A stretch of 63,617 bases of DNA, the filler included, from Reclinomonas americana ATCC 50394 (lineage: Eukaryota): NCBI GenBank assembly GCA_048213135.1. It is 5 parts of 3 records of this genome, joined end to end, with 100 filler letters (N's around TTAATTAATTAA, not from the genome) between each part and the next. Parts side by side here need not be neighbours in the genome. Positions count along the whole stretch, not along the records: positions 1 to 5,255 come from PS015158.1; positions 5,356 to 30,700 come from PS015159.1; 3 more parts are not named here. One strand, 5' to 3'. The position numbers and the translations under genes are program-made. Positions 1-11,629 of the stretch are shown in pieces. The notes under the pieces were generated by a model, which did not search any database, was not told the origin of the DNA, and saw only the letters and a program-made list of their open reading frames with translations. The stretch's first letter is position 1; every line of letters begins with the position of its first letter.

Positions 1-212
1 TGCTGCGTCCGGAAACGGGCTCAAATTGAAACCGGCTCCGCGATGCGGTGTTTTGGTGGGTACACTTTCTCCCCGCCTGTCTCTTTGTCTCCATCTCCAT
101 CTCTGACTGTCGTTTCGTTGTCACTGTTCCCCACCCCTCTTCGAGCACAATGGCCGGCAGTTTGCCAGCAGATCGTCACGTAATCGATATTCGAACACGA
201 TTACACACACAA

Positions 213-2448
213 TCAAGCATCAATGCAGAAGGTGACGAGGGCGCTCGGCTGCAGCAGTGTCACTGTGGTGTCGGTGATGCGCACGCCGAGAATGTCCTCG
301 CGCCACTCCGGCAACTGCACCACCTGGTGTCGACGCTTGTTGGCGGCGGCGGCGGCGGCGGCGGCGGCCGATATCGAGGCACTCGCTCCGTCGTACACGT
401 AAAAGTAGTTGTTGAACTCGGCCAGCACAGCGGCACTGCGTGTGTGTGTGTGTGTTCATGCAACCCCTGTGAGTTTGTGCGACAGAGAAGTCGCGGGCGC
501 GAGTGCTGGCGCCACACTTTACCTGCACGACGGCGAAAACGAGATGAATTTCTTGTTGCGCTTGCCGGACGCCACATACGCCAGCGCATCAAAGGTGGCC
601 ACGTGGCGCCACTGCAGCGCAGGTGACGACGACGATGGCGAGGAGGAGGAAGCGCCACTGTCGTCCGCGGGCTCGATGGTGAACACCACCATGTCGAGAC
701 CATTGCGGAGGCCCACCAGCGGCAGTCCTGGCTCGGATGCCCGGTCAGCGAACGAGAGAGCGCACTGACAAGCACGCGACAGAACACAAACCATTGTGCT
801 CGTCGCGTACGCCGCTGCTGTGGCCCATGTACTGATAGCCGGCCTCCTGCGGGCACACGCGACCACGCTCAATCACACCCACTGCACCGCCGGCCGCCGC
901 GCTCTCACGCCGAAATTCAAAGAGCTGCGAGGCAAACGTGCTGGCATAGCCGTCGGCGCCGGGACCGGCCGCAAACGACTCCTCATCGTACTGCTCTGCG
1001 TACACGTAGTCCTTGCGAAAGGTCTCGCCAGTCTGCCATGAACAGGAGGGAGAGCAGTCAGCTTTTTTTGAGAGGGGGTTTTCTGTCACCGCCACCACCG
1101 CTCACCTCGCGGTCCATCACACCCGGCAGTCGATCGAGATCCGTCTCCGACGTGTACTTGCGCATGTGCATCGCCAGCCGCTCCCTCTCCTCCGGATCCA
1201 GCTCATCCGTCTCATCCTCCTCCTCCATGTCCTCCGCATCCTTCACCTCCTCTACGCGCGCAAAGTGCCGCCGATCAAACTCCTCCGCCGTCGGCATGCC
1301 ACGCAACATGGCCTGCGGGTCGCCATTCGGTCGCGCCGGCGACGACTGTGTCGACACCGACATGCTGCCGCTGCTGCCCTTGGCCTGTGTCGCCGCCGTC
1401 GTGTACGTCACCGAGGCAACCGTCAGTAGGTATCCAGCAGCATGCGGATGCAGCACCAGCACATTCGGGTGCGGATCGGTGGCACCGCGACTGACAACAA
1501 CGAGTAAGAAGAAGAAGAAGAGTGAGCATCGGCATCGGCTGCGGCGGTTACCTGTCGCTGGCCACGCATCGACTCTCCACCTGCGACGCATCGCCAACGT
1601 AGCACTCCTCCAGCCGCACACCACCACCACCCGCTACAGCCGCAGCCGCAGCCGCAGTCGCCACCACACGGAACCGCGCCAACGGCACCGCCGCCACAAA
1701 CACCCGCAGAAGCGTCCGCGCCTGCTCTACGTGCTCCACTCGCGACCACTGCACCGCCACCCACAGATCGAACTGGTCCGCTCCCGCCTCCGGCACCGCA
1801 TACACCCGCGCATCCTCCACATACAAGCACGGCAAGTCGTGCAGGTCGACCTGCAACAGCGGCTCCTCCTGCTCGCCAGCCACGTACAGCCGACCCAGAC
1901 CGTCACAGTACACCACCAAGCCTAACACGCAACGCGCCTGTGAGTGACGATGGATGCAGCAGCGTGCATGCGACAAACGGAGAGACCGTGATCGGCTGCA
2001 GCCACCGATGGACTCGTCTGCTCCGCATGCTGCACATCAGCAGCTGCCGCTGAGGGTGTGATCAGCACGTGCACATCGCCACTGGCTGCGCTGACGCGAC
2101 ATAGGCGACGCTGCTCGTCTGCCACGAGAAACGCCGACGACGACGATGCACACGTCAGCGCATTGCGAAGTTGAGCATGTGCTTTGCTGCAAGCGAGAAA
2201 GAGAGTGAGAGATGCGAATCTTGCCTGCGCGTATGTGTGTCTCTGTCTCTCTCGCACCGCATGAATGTGGCCAGATCGTCGGCCTTGTCTGCGCCGCCAC
2301 CCGTGTCTTTGTACACAAAGGGGCGATTCTCCGACGTCCACACCGCGGACTGTGTCAATGCCTCGCTCTCCCGTGCATGGTGGCTCAATCGGTAGCCCTC
2401 AAACGAGGGGTTGATGAGGGATTCGTGTGTGCCTCGCCACGAGAGCAT
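213..2448 (-). CDS. NUDCD1: NudC domain-containing protein 1 homolog (7 exons)
   Basis: Spliced model with 6 GT-AG introns in frame. N-terminal MLSWRGTHESLINPSFEGYRLS and C-terminal WRHVATFDALAYVASGKRNKKF match recalled NUDCD1 motifs (LLDPRFEGYKLS; HVATFNALGYVQASK). Confidence 0.8.
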
Positions 2449-2566
2449 AAAATCTTGATCGACGTCGCATAGATTCGAACCAATTCGTCCTGTCCTGAAA
2501 CCGGTTTTCTTCGTTTCAAGTTGTTCCGAGCGCGCGTTGTCTCCCAAAGAATCGCGAGTGTGTATC

Positions 2567-3266
2567 ATGCCCGCGTGCAGTGCAATCATCACTTCACGAG
2601 TGCCGGTGAGCGATTTCAACTCGTCTGTGCACACAGAGGCGCGCGACCTGAAAGTCGTTGACCATTTATTTGGCGGTTTGTGTTCTCTCTCTCTCGCACA
2701 CACACAGGAGTGGCTGGCTGGCTTGTTGGAGAGTGAGCGTGCGCGACAACGTGCAGCAGTGTTGCGCAAACTGGAGCAACTGAAGCAACGGCGACTGGAG
2801 GAGAGCAGGAAACAGCAGGAGGAGCACGCGAGAAGAAGAGAAGAGTGCGACGATGTCATGATGAGCGCAGAGTTGCGTTCCCCTCCCTCTTTGTTTTGCC
2901 GTCCTGTTTGAGGCCTGGCGCACTCACCTCGCAGCGGTCTCCAGTTCGTGCGAGCTGGATGATATTCGATTGGAGCACTCGTACTGTCCGGTGGGTGCGC
3001 CGTTCTATGCCGAGCATTACCACTCGCCTCGTGCGCATCGCCAGCACGAGGAGGAGGAGGCGGCGAAGAAGTGGTCTCTGCCAGCGCTGCCGTCGCTCAA
3101 GTCTCCGCGCGGAGGAACCATGGCGGCAATGACTGTGGCCACCAGTCAGGCGCTTGTGACTGTGCGCTCGGGACTGCCGCAGCTGGCGGGCGTATCGTTG
3201 CCGATTGCAGCAGCTGGCGGTGAAACGCCAAGGCAACTGCCAGCAGCACCTCGACGGGCCATGTAA
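2567..3266 (+). CDS. Small hypothetical coiled-coil protein (spliced)
   Basis: Exon-like segments EWLAGLLESERARQRAAVLRKLEQLKQRRLEES and LEHSYCPVGAPFYAEHYHSP..., flanked by splice signals. Start and junctions are uncertain. Confidence 0.45.
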
Positions 3267-3383
3267 TGCAGAATCACAAGCGACGGGAACAACAAAATCA
3301 ACAAAATCACTCAATGAAATCATCCAATTTGTTTTTTTTGCCCGCTGCTGCTGTTGCTCCTCCTCCTCCTACTCCCTGCTTGC

Positions 3384-5210
3384 TTACAGCTTGCCGCGTG
3401 CCATCAAAAAGTCGCGCATAACCTTGCGACTGCGATCGGAGGCCAGCAGGCGTGCCAGCACCGGCAACTCGGCCTTGTAGGCCGCCTCCCAGCTCGCCAG
3501 CAGTGGACCGCGGATGAGCTGCGACACGCAAACAAACAAAATTCGCAGTGAGGCGACTGCGGTGACTCACATGAGTGTGAGACGAGCAGCGGCACTGTGC
3601 CTTCTTGGTCGAGTTGACCGCATCGGCTCCGATGGTAATCAGCTTGTTGACCACGGCGTCCAGCTCGGCATTGAGGGCGTCGACGTCGGCGCACACGGTG
3701 CCGACGAGACCACCGGCGTGGGCCTGCTCAACAGACAGAGTGCGACCTGTGTGTGTGCGTGTGTGTGCGCGCACAGGTGAGAGAGACAGTCTACAAGCGA
3801 CAGTGCATTGGATACGAACCGAGCATCAGCATGTCCGTGGCCACTGCGAGCAGGAGTGTAAGGCACACGACGTCGACTGTTACACATGGCAGGAGGCACG
3901 CTCACCATTCACGCCCAGCATCTGGGTCAGAGTGGCACTCGACGCTGCCTCTGGCGCAATCGACAGCTCGGAGAACGGAGTGCGGAAGTAGGCGTTCTTG
4001 GTGGCCGCGACAATGTCGCAGAGCGGCAGCATTGTGGCGCCCACACCAATGGCGCCACCGGTGACTGTGAGATGGAATTCAGCAAGCATGACTCCTGCCT
4101 CTTCGATACACTTTTTGCAGAAACGCACCTCCGACGACCACCGGCTTCTCAAAGTGCATCTGTGCAGCTCGATGGTGAATGCCAAACAGTGGATCAGCCG
4201 TAATGTCACCCAATGGAACACACCAAATCCCACAGGAACTGGAACGCATGACCGCGCTGCACCACCGACGAGGGATCGGATCCTGTCTTTGTGAGGTGAT
4301 CCTGCACGGCAGCAAACTGGCGAGGGAGGTGATGAGATGCGGAGCGGAGACATGCTGCACGTCGCCTTGCACGCACCTCGGCAATGTCGAATCCAGCGCA
4401 AAACAGGCGGCTCTCACGGCAGCCGGTGATGACCACACACAAAATATCTGGCGACTCGCGAGCATGGCGGAGGCCGCAGCGCAGCTCGCGCATGGTGCGG
4501 TCGGTGACCGTATTCACTTTGCTGTGGGGCGTAGGAGAGATGAGTAGCAAGAGAGCGAGACGGTAACCTAAGAGAGACACACACATACCGCGGCCTGTTC
4601 AACTCCATTCTCAAGCAGGCACCAGCTGGAGATGACAGTGGGGTGAGATCATCAACAAGAAAGCCACTGTCCGCGCACACACACACCGTGCGTAATGGAC
4701 ACGCGGACTTGCTCAAACTCCGACAGCGCCAAGTCGGCCGCTCCCGAGCCGAAGAACGTGGTTGGAGAAGAAGAAGACGAGGATGAGGACGACGACGAAG
4801 AAGACGAGCTGGCAACACTCGTCGCCTTGAGTGCGGCGTCCACGTTCAGCAAGACTGAGCATCGGCAAGTCAGCGACGAGATGCCAGGCAAGTGAGGAAG
4901 AGAAAAACCGAGCAGCACACAACTGTCGGTGGCTCGCTTCTCATCCGGGTCTTTGACCTCGCGTGCACGACCGCGGAGGATCTTTTCGAAATTGGCTGCC
5001 GATGCCCAGAGCGGTTTGCCGTCCTCCTCGTCGCTGCTCGCGTGATGAGTGGCAAAGGAGGGCACTGGAGCAGGAAGCCGGTGAGAATGCACGCAACGCT
5101 CCGTGCACGGCCACCTTGCCCTTGTAGATTGGAGTCATGCGCGGCGGCTCCGTGTCGGGATCACAGCGGTACTGCGCGAATTCGGTAACACCCTTTTCGC
5201 GCATAAAGTC
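3384..5210 (-). CDS. Fusion: HSDL2-like short-chain dehydrogenase C-terminus + enoyl-CoA hydratase/isomerase (crotonase) domain; 5' end truncated by contig edge
   Basis: Nine in-frame introns join DFMREKGVTEFAQYRCDPDTEPPRM, a Ser-rich linker, then LRMELNRPRKVN, FCAGFDI, FEKPVVVGVTGGAIGVGATMLPLCDIV, FRTPFSELSIAPEAASS and KKLIR. Ends ARGKL*, a PTS1-like tripeptide. Confidence 0.8.
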
Positions 5211-5299
5211 CTGTCGCCGCCACCACATGAGATTGAAGAGCACGCAAGCAAGAGANNNNNNNNNNNNNNNNNNNNNNNNNNNNNNNNNNNNNNNNNNNN

Positions 5300-5311
5300 T
5301 TAATTAATTAA
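5300..5311. other. Artificial six-frame-stop contig linker (also at 30745-30756, 33824-33835 and 62087-62098)
   Basis: Identical TTAATTAATTAA embedded in symmetric N runs four times. Confidence 0.97.
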
Positions 5312-5355
5312 NNNNNNNNNNNNNNNNNNNNNNNNNNNNNNNNNNNNNNNNNNNN

Positions 5356-6766
5356 AGGACCAGCGATAGCAGCCGCTGAGGTGGGCGCGCCAGCCGCAGA
5401 ACGCGTCACCGTGGCCCCGCTGACATCGATGGCCACCGCCTTTCGCGGTTGATTCACATGTGCCGGAATCATGTCGTTGGTGGTGGCCACCACTGGCCGG
5501 CCGACCACCAGCACCGGATCCGCCGCGTCGTAGCTAACCACACCGGCTCCTCGCAGTGAGCCAGCTGATGCCGACTCGCGCATTGGGGGTGCACGATCAG
5601 CAGCTGGTCTCGAAACGCCGCCGAGAGAGCCCGCCGAGGCCGAGCCACGAACAAGACTCGGTGGCTGCGCAGGCGCGGCAGCCGAGGGCGGAGACGGCGT
5701 CGTTGTCTGTCGAAGAGATCCGGCAGAATTCGACGAGCGCACCAGCGGAGGTGGTTCCTCAGCCACCGCCGCCGGCGGCTCCGAAGGCGTAGTGACAATG
5801 ACGGACGAGAGCGGGTGCGCAATAATGTCGGCCGACTGCAGAGCTGCGTCCAGGTATTTTGAAACCATGGCCTTCTTGCGCGGGTCACTCGTGCGGGCGA
5901 GCATGGTACGCGGCGTCAGTGGCGTGCTCTGCACGATGAATACAAATGAGAATGCGGGGGGAGAGCGCGTGTGTGTGTGCGCATTGCGTACGTACCTCGT
6001 TTGTGGGACTACCCTGAGAATCGCCGACAGTCACGTCACCGGGGCGGCGGAAAGAGTCCTGTCGCCGTGGTGCGCGGTTGGCTCCACTCTGACGTGCACC
6101 AGTGAGCGGCGGTGGCGGTGAGGACGGAGGGAGAGAGGGGGGGATAAAAGAACGCAACTCCACCGGCAGAGGGCAATCGGCGTTCCGACGGTTGAGGTGG
6201 GCGTTCCTGTGCGCACAGCAAGTGAGAAACGAGAAGCAACACCACCCACCACCGCGTTGGCGACTGCAGCGCACCGTCTTGAACGACACGCCGATTCCGA
6301 GTCCCGCCGACGGCGAAGCACGCACGCTGGTCGACGATGACGATGTAGGCGACCCAGCAGTAGTTTGCACCAGCGGCGCGGGCACAGCAGCCGCCGCAGC
6401 AGCAACAACGGTCTCGACCGTGGCAATCTGCACCCGCGACTGCGAGCGTTGCACGGCCGGTCGAGCTGGAGCCGCAGCAATAACAGGCTGTGCTCGTGCC
6501 ACAGGTGTCGGCATGGAGGCCACCAGCGGTGGCGGCTCCGCAACAGCAACAGCAACAGCCGCAGCGGCAGCAGGCTGCACTGGTCTCGGACGACCCAACA
6601 GACGAGACTCCTGCCACCACAAAGCGAGCGTCAAGAGCGCGCAACGCAACAAGGATCGATCGCAACAACAACACCAGTACCTCACTCTCCCGCGCATCGG
6701 CAATGGCCTTTTGCAAGTCGCCCAGCTTTGCGGCCGAGTACTTGGAGATCGGCTGGGCACGGAGAC

Positions 6767-6801
<35 letters not shown>

Positions 6802-6950
6802 GTGCGTGTCAGCCTTGATCATCGCTTCTCTCTCACACACACACATACACACCACTCACCGTCTGCGTCTCATCATCGAACCACGTCACCGCTTTCGTCG
6901 GCACCTCCGTCACTTGGTTTGGCGCCGACGCGAACCGAACCTTCAGCTGA
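5356..6950 (-). CDS. Partial low-complexity Ala/Pro/Ser-rich hypothetical protein
   Basis: Exons join in frame across GT-AG introns (e.g. ETQT|PISKYSAAKL; SAGG|SGANR). Both ends run into gaps. No recognisable domain. Confidence 0.55.
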
Positions 6951-7268
6951 NNNNNNNNNNNNNNNNNNNNNNNNNNNNNNNNNNNNNNNNNNNNNNNNNN
7001 NNNNNNNNNNNNNNNNNNNNNNNNNNNNNNNNNNNNNNNNNNNNNNNNNNNNNNNNNNNNNNNNNNNNNNNNNNNNNNNNNNNNNNNNNNNNNNNNNNNN
7101 NNNNNNNNNNNNNNNNNNNNNNNNNNNNNNNNNNNNNNNNNNNNNNNNNNNNNNNNNNNNNNNNNNNNNNNNNNNNNNNNNNNNNNNNNNNNNNNNNNNN
7201 NNNNNNNNNNNNNNNNNNNNNNNNNNNNNNNNNNNNNNNNNNNNNNNNNNNNNNNNNNNNNNNNNNNC

Positions 7269-8902
7269 TGGAGTTCTTTGGTGATCAGGGACCAGAGACG
7301 CCAGCTCGACGTGGAGGGGCCGGCGCTCCACGACACGGAGGAGCCGGTGCTGTGCCTGTTGGGGGCACTGGAGTGGCAGGCGAGGGAGGGCATGGGGCAG
7401 CAGCTGCAGCAGCAGCTGGTGGCTCGCGGCATGTACACTACGCGGACGGAGGGGACGGAGCCGACGATGACGACGACAGTCACGAATATGCAGTTGGCGA
7501 TCATGACGATGATGAGTATGATGATGACTCGCTGGTGGAGGACAGTGGCGATGAGCTGGCGCGAGTGCCTGTGATCTCTCCGCGAGTGAGTCGAAAAAAT
7601 GCCTCACCTTTTGCTGGTTTTCCTGCTGACAAACATCTCTTTCGCTGTGCAGGATCGTGCTCGCAGCGAGTACACGGAGGCGATGAACAGGTTCAGTGCC
7701 CACTCGGCGGACAAGGAGCTCATGATTGAGATCTTGCAGATGCAGCAGCAAGAGTTGGAGGACCTAGTGCTGCTCAGCAATGTTGGCGGCTCGGCCGAGG
7801 CTCTGGCCAAGCAGTACGCCGCATCGTTGGATTTGCCCAAGACGGAGACGGTGCGATGTAGACGATTGCAGCGTGTTTCCGTGTTATCTGCTGACTTTTC
7901 AACCATTAACACAGCATCTCGGGCGTCGACCAAATTTCTGGGCTGTTGGCGAAATCAATCGCATCATGAACAACATGAAACCAACTCCACCACCACTGGT
8001 AAGCAGCTAGCGAAGGAAGGAAGTGAGACAGTTCGACACGGCGTGGACTAACTTGGTCTCCCATTGCAGAGGAAAACCCTTTTGCGCGACGACGACGACC
8101 TCGGCGACTCGCCGTTTGCTGCCACGCACCCACCACTGACGTCGGCCATCAAACAGGATCTGAAGTCGGCCACCAGTCTGATGCGGCACTCCCTGGACAC
8201 GGTGCTGGTCATGGTACGAGAGTGTGTCGCCGGTCAACTGTGCCCCCTGTAGCTTGCTGATCATTCGTTATTCTTCGTCCAGTGCATTGATCTCGCTGAT
8301 GTTTATCAGTCGCTGGGAGGTCGGAGTGCGACGGAGCAAGAGGCCAACAGTTTGATGGGCCTGGCCAATCCCGTGGACACGTTTTCGGAGTTGTGCGAAA
8401 TGGTGTGTGTACATACATGCAGCCTGGCTGTCTTGGTGCTTCCGTGATCTCAACACGCTCCCCCTCAAGGTGATGGAGACGAGTCAAGCACGTCTGCATT
8501 TGTTGCGCTCCATTCGACACATTACTCGCAAGCTGACCCGCCCGAGCGCGAATCTCACGCCCGAGGGATTCCTTCGATGTTGCGCGCTTGCGTGTCATCA
8601 TCATTCATTGTATTTTGACATGCTCACACATTCGCCGCACAGCGACACTGATCGATGTGTGGCTGCAACACACGAATGGCGAATTGAGTCGAATCGGTAT
8701 CGTGCGTGGCGAGAGACCAGATCGTCTCGATCGCATGAGTAGACATGCCGAAAAGTTCTCGTCCATGGTGGCTGGCGATGCGGCCCCTGGGCACTCGGAC
8801 CTCACCGATGAGACCTCGCAAGTTAGTGATTCGGCGTACGATAGAACGCCGTCTGTGTTTTGTCCCGAAGCCCTGGTAGCCAATGCTGTTGGATCACGGT
8901 AG
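7269..8902 (+). CDS. Partial hypothetical protein (acidic N-terminal part, helical C-terminal part)
   Basis: Series of in-frame exons with GT-AG introns (DELAR|DRARSEY; PKTET|HLGRR; PPPL|RKTLL; GFLR|STLIDV) to the TAG at 8900-8902. 5' end lies in a gap. Confidence 0.55.
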
Positions 8903-8982
8903 TGTAGTGTACATTGTTTGCATGTGTGTGATGTGTTTACTTTTTCTTGCTGGTTGTGTCAGCTCTTTTCGGTGCGATAACT

Positions 8983-11532
8983 TCACTTGCTACGAAGCTG
9001 CAGTGCAGGGGCATTTGTGACTGTTGCTGACTGCTGTGGTTGCTGCTGCTTTGGTGCCTTCTTGCCACGCGAAGGTGCTGCGGTGGGGGCTTCGGTGGAG
9101 AGTTTGGCAATGCGCTGGATTTTTCTGTGAAAGTGTGCGAATGGTGAGTTACGAAGAATCTGTGCAGCGGTGAACAGCAGCACGGCCACCTGCCGCGTCC
9201 ACTGCTGGCGGGCGTGACCACGGGTGCGGCGATCGGCGGGGGAGGCTGACGAGCAGCAGCAGGAGCAGGGGCAGCGTGCGGTGGAGCAGTACCGCGATTG
9301 CTCACCAGAGGCGGGCGGCGGACGGCAGTGCCCACACAGCCAGCACGCAGCTTCAGTGGGGAGTAGGGTTCTGCTGGGAACTGCATCACTGGTAAGTGAC
9401 GGATAGCGGGAGGACAGATGAGTGGGGACCGCGCTGCCGCCTCACCTGCTCCAGCACCGTGCCGATGGCGTGCTGCGCCACGTCGTCCACCTCATGGTCG
9501 CAGTCATACTGAGGTGCGCCGGACAGCGAGTCGTTCATGATTTGGTCGTGCACAATGCGCTGTGACGAGACTGTCATGAGCTTCGCGTTCACGCTATCTC
9601 CCCCAGCTACGTAACATGCAGACACAGGGCGACGTGTGTCTCCACCGGCACGGCCACGTGAAAGACACTGTTCGCCGCCATGTCGGCCGCAGCTGATCGT
9701 CCTGCTCGACTGGAAGAAGTGGTGGCGGTGGTGGTGGTGGTGGCGACGTCGACCAGTGGCCACACCTGCAGATCGCGGTAGCTGGTGATGCCGCGAAGAA
9801 TGAGCGCACATTGCTGTTCGCCGTGTTCGGTAAGTCATTTTGCCGCCACCGTATGTGAGAGTTTTCAACACTCACACCTTTTGCAACAGGTGGCTGTGCA
9901 GCGCACGCAGCAATTCGGTACTGTCGTCTCGCTGAGGCCGATCGACATCCATGTCGATGGGATCGAGGTCGGCAACAGTGTTGCACGGCACCAGCATGCG
10001 CGGCTGCACGACATTTACACACGTGTAAGAGTGCACACAGGTGGAGAGGCTGGACGGGAGACGGCGAACCGTGCCAAATATCGAACTGGTCGCGATGGAA
10101 TCGAGTGGACACACGCCGACTACGTGCAGTGTGCAACCGTCAGCATGAGCGGCATGCTGGCCCTCTCTCTCCGCTCCGTCGTACAGCAGGCCAGCAAAGT
10201 CCACGACCTCGCGAAAGCCGTCTTGTGGTGAGATGTACTGGTTGGACACGCTGCAGATTTGCGCGCCGCTCAGCTGACAGTTGGTGGGCACGTCGTGGCA
10301 GTTGCAGATGCGCCGCGTGTAGAGATCGGTAGTGCGGCACATGCAGTCCACGAGAGTGCCGGTGAGGGACACTGAGGAGGAATCAGAATAGAGGAACAGG
10401 AAGAGGGAGGTGTGGAGTGAGCTCACCGTCGCCACTCAGGACCACCTCAACGCTGCGCTGCTCGAGCTGAGTGTCGTCGGGTCCCACAGTTTCCTGGCAG
10501 CATACGCGCAACAAGTCGCCGATTTCATCCTCGTCTGCGAGACACTCGCCAGTCAGTATCTTGCGGCGCGCAGCGATTTTAGGACCCCGCCCACTGACCG
10601 AGGCCGACCAGGTGGCATGTGCAACTCGGCACTGTGGCCAGTCGGTCGACCAGCCGCGCCCACGCTTCGGTGGCCGTCGCTGGCGTGCCCGGTGCCGCAC
10701 CGATGGTGTCCAGCTCCATGTCGAGCAGCTGGTCGTTGCGCACGCCGATCACGCGCAGCACCATGTTGGCCTCGAACATTTGCTCGGCTTCGTCGACCAG
10801 TGCGTCGATTGCGGCAGTGGTGAGGAACGGGTCGAGCAGTGCAAGCGTCACGTGGTCGGTGCGTGCCGTCTCACTGGCGTCCAAATGCAGTGTCTCCAAC
10901 GAAACCTCGCGATGCCGTCGAATGTGCGTCGTCACCTGCGGTGTGCGGTGTTGACATGCGTTTGAGTGGACGGCGTGCGATCGGACGGTACTGAGTGAGT
11001 AACTGGGTTGACCTTTCGCAGCGCCGCACACTCGGGAGTGGGTACAGAAGGAGCGCGCACTGTGGATGTCGGCTCGGCCACTCGCGGTCGCGTGTCTCTC
11101 ATGGCCACGGCCAGCATGTGCGGGTTGACGCTGGTCAGCGGTTGGACGACGGCCACCGGTTGCGCGTCGCCGGCATTATTTGACACGTAGGCACAGCCGA
11201 CTTGAGTGAAACTGCGAGTCAGCATGGTGAGACACGGAAGGATGCGCTGAGAGTGCACGAGGGCTCCAACCGAGGGTTCGATCGGCGGAGCAGCTGTGGC
11301 ACGGCACGAGGAAGTGCACGAGAGACGCACTCTGCAAATGCCTGTGCAGTGTGCAGACCAATCAGCACCATTCTCCCTCTCTCTCTCTCTTTTGCTGTAC
11401 ACGCACCTGTTGTCTCTCGGCATGCACGTACCGCTGCGCGGCGAACGGGGGCGCCAGCAGAGAGATGCGCTCACACACATCAAAGAGAAAGAAGTGCGTG
11501 TGGATGGTGAGGAGTGTGGGCGTGTCGGACAT
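8983..11532 (-). CDS. M1AP (meiosis 1 arrest protein)-like vWA/Ku-type protein
   Basis: Spliced model gives LHVVGVCPLDSIATSSIFGT-PRMLVP, LRALHSHLLQKQCALIL, FHVAVPVETHVALCLHRIVHDQIM and TVLEQFPAEPYSPL, in the same order as recalled M1AP motifs (YGLPFILRP; FHALCHSLLKRE; FYVIMP; YNPL). Also contains a CxCH...C..C cluster. Confidence 0.5.
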
Positions 11533-11629
11533 GTCTTGCGCGCGCAGATCAACTTCAATTGGGCGTGCAGACACGAAAGTGACGTCATGGGACAAATAGA
11601 TTGCATTGTATTGCCTCACCACCCTCTTA

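Noticed and set aside
7652-8213. LAMTOR1-like similarity
   Set aside because: Only a vague helical resemblance, and the gene continues for several more exons.
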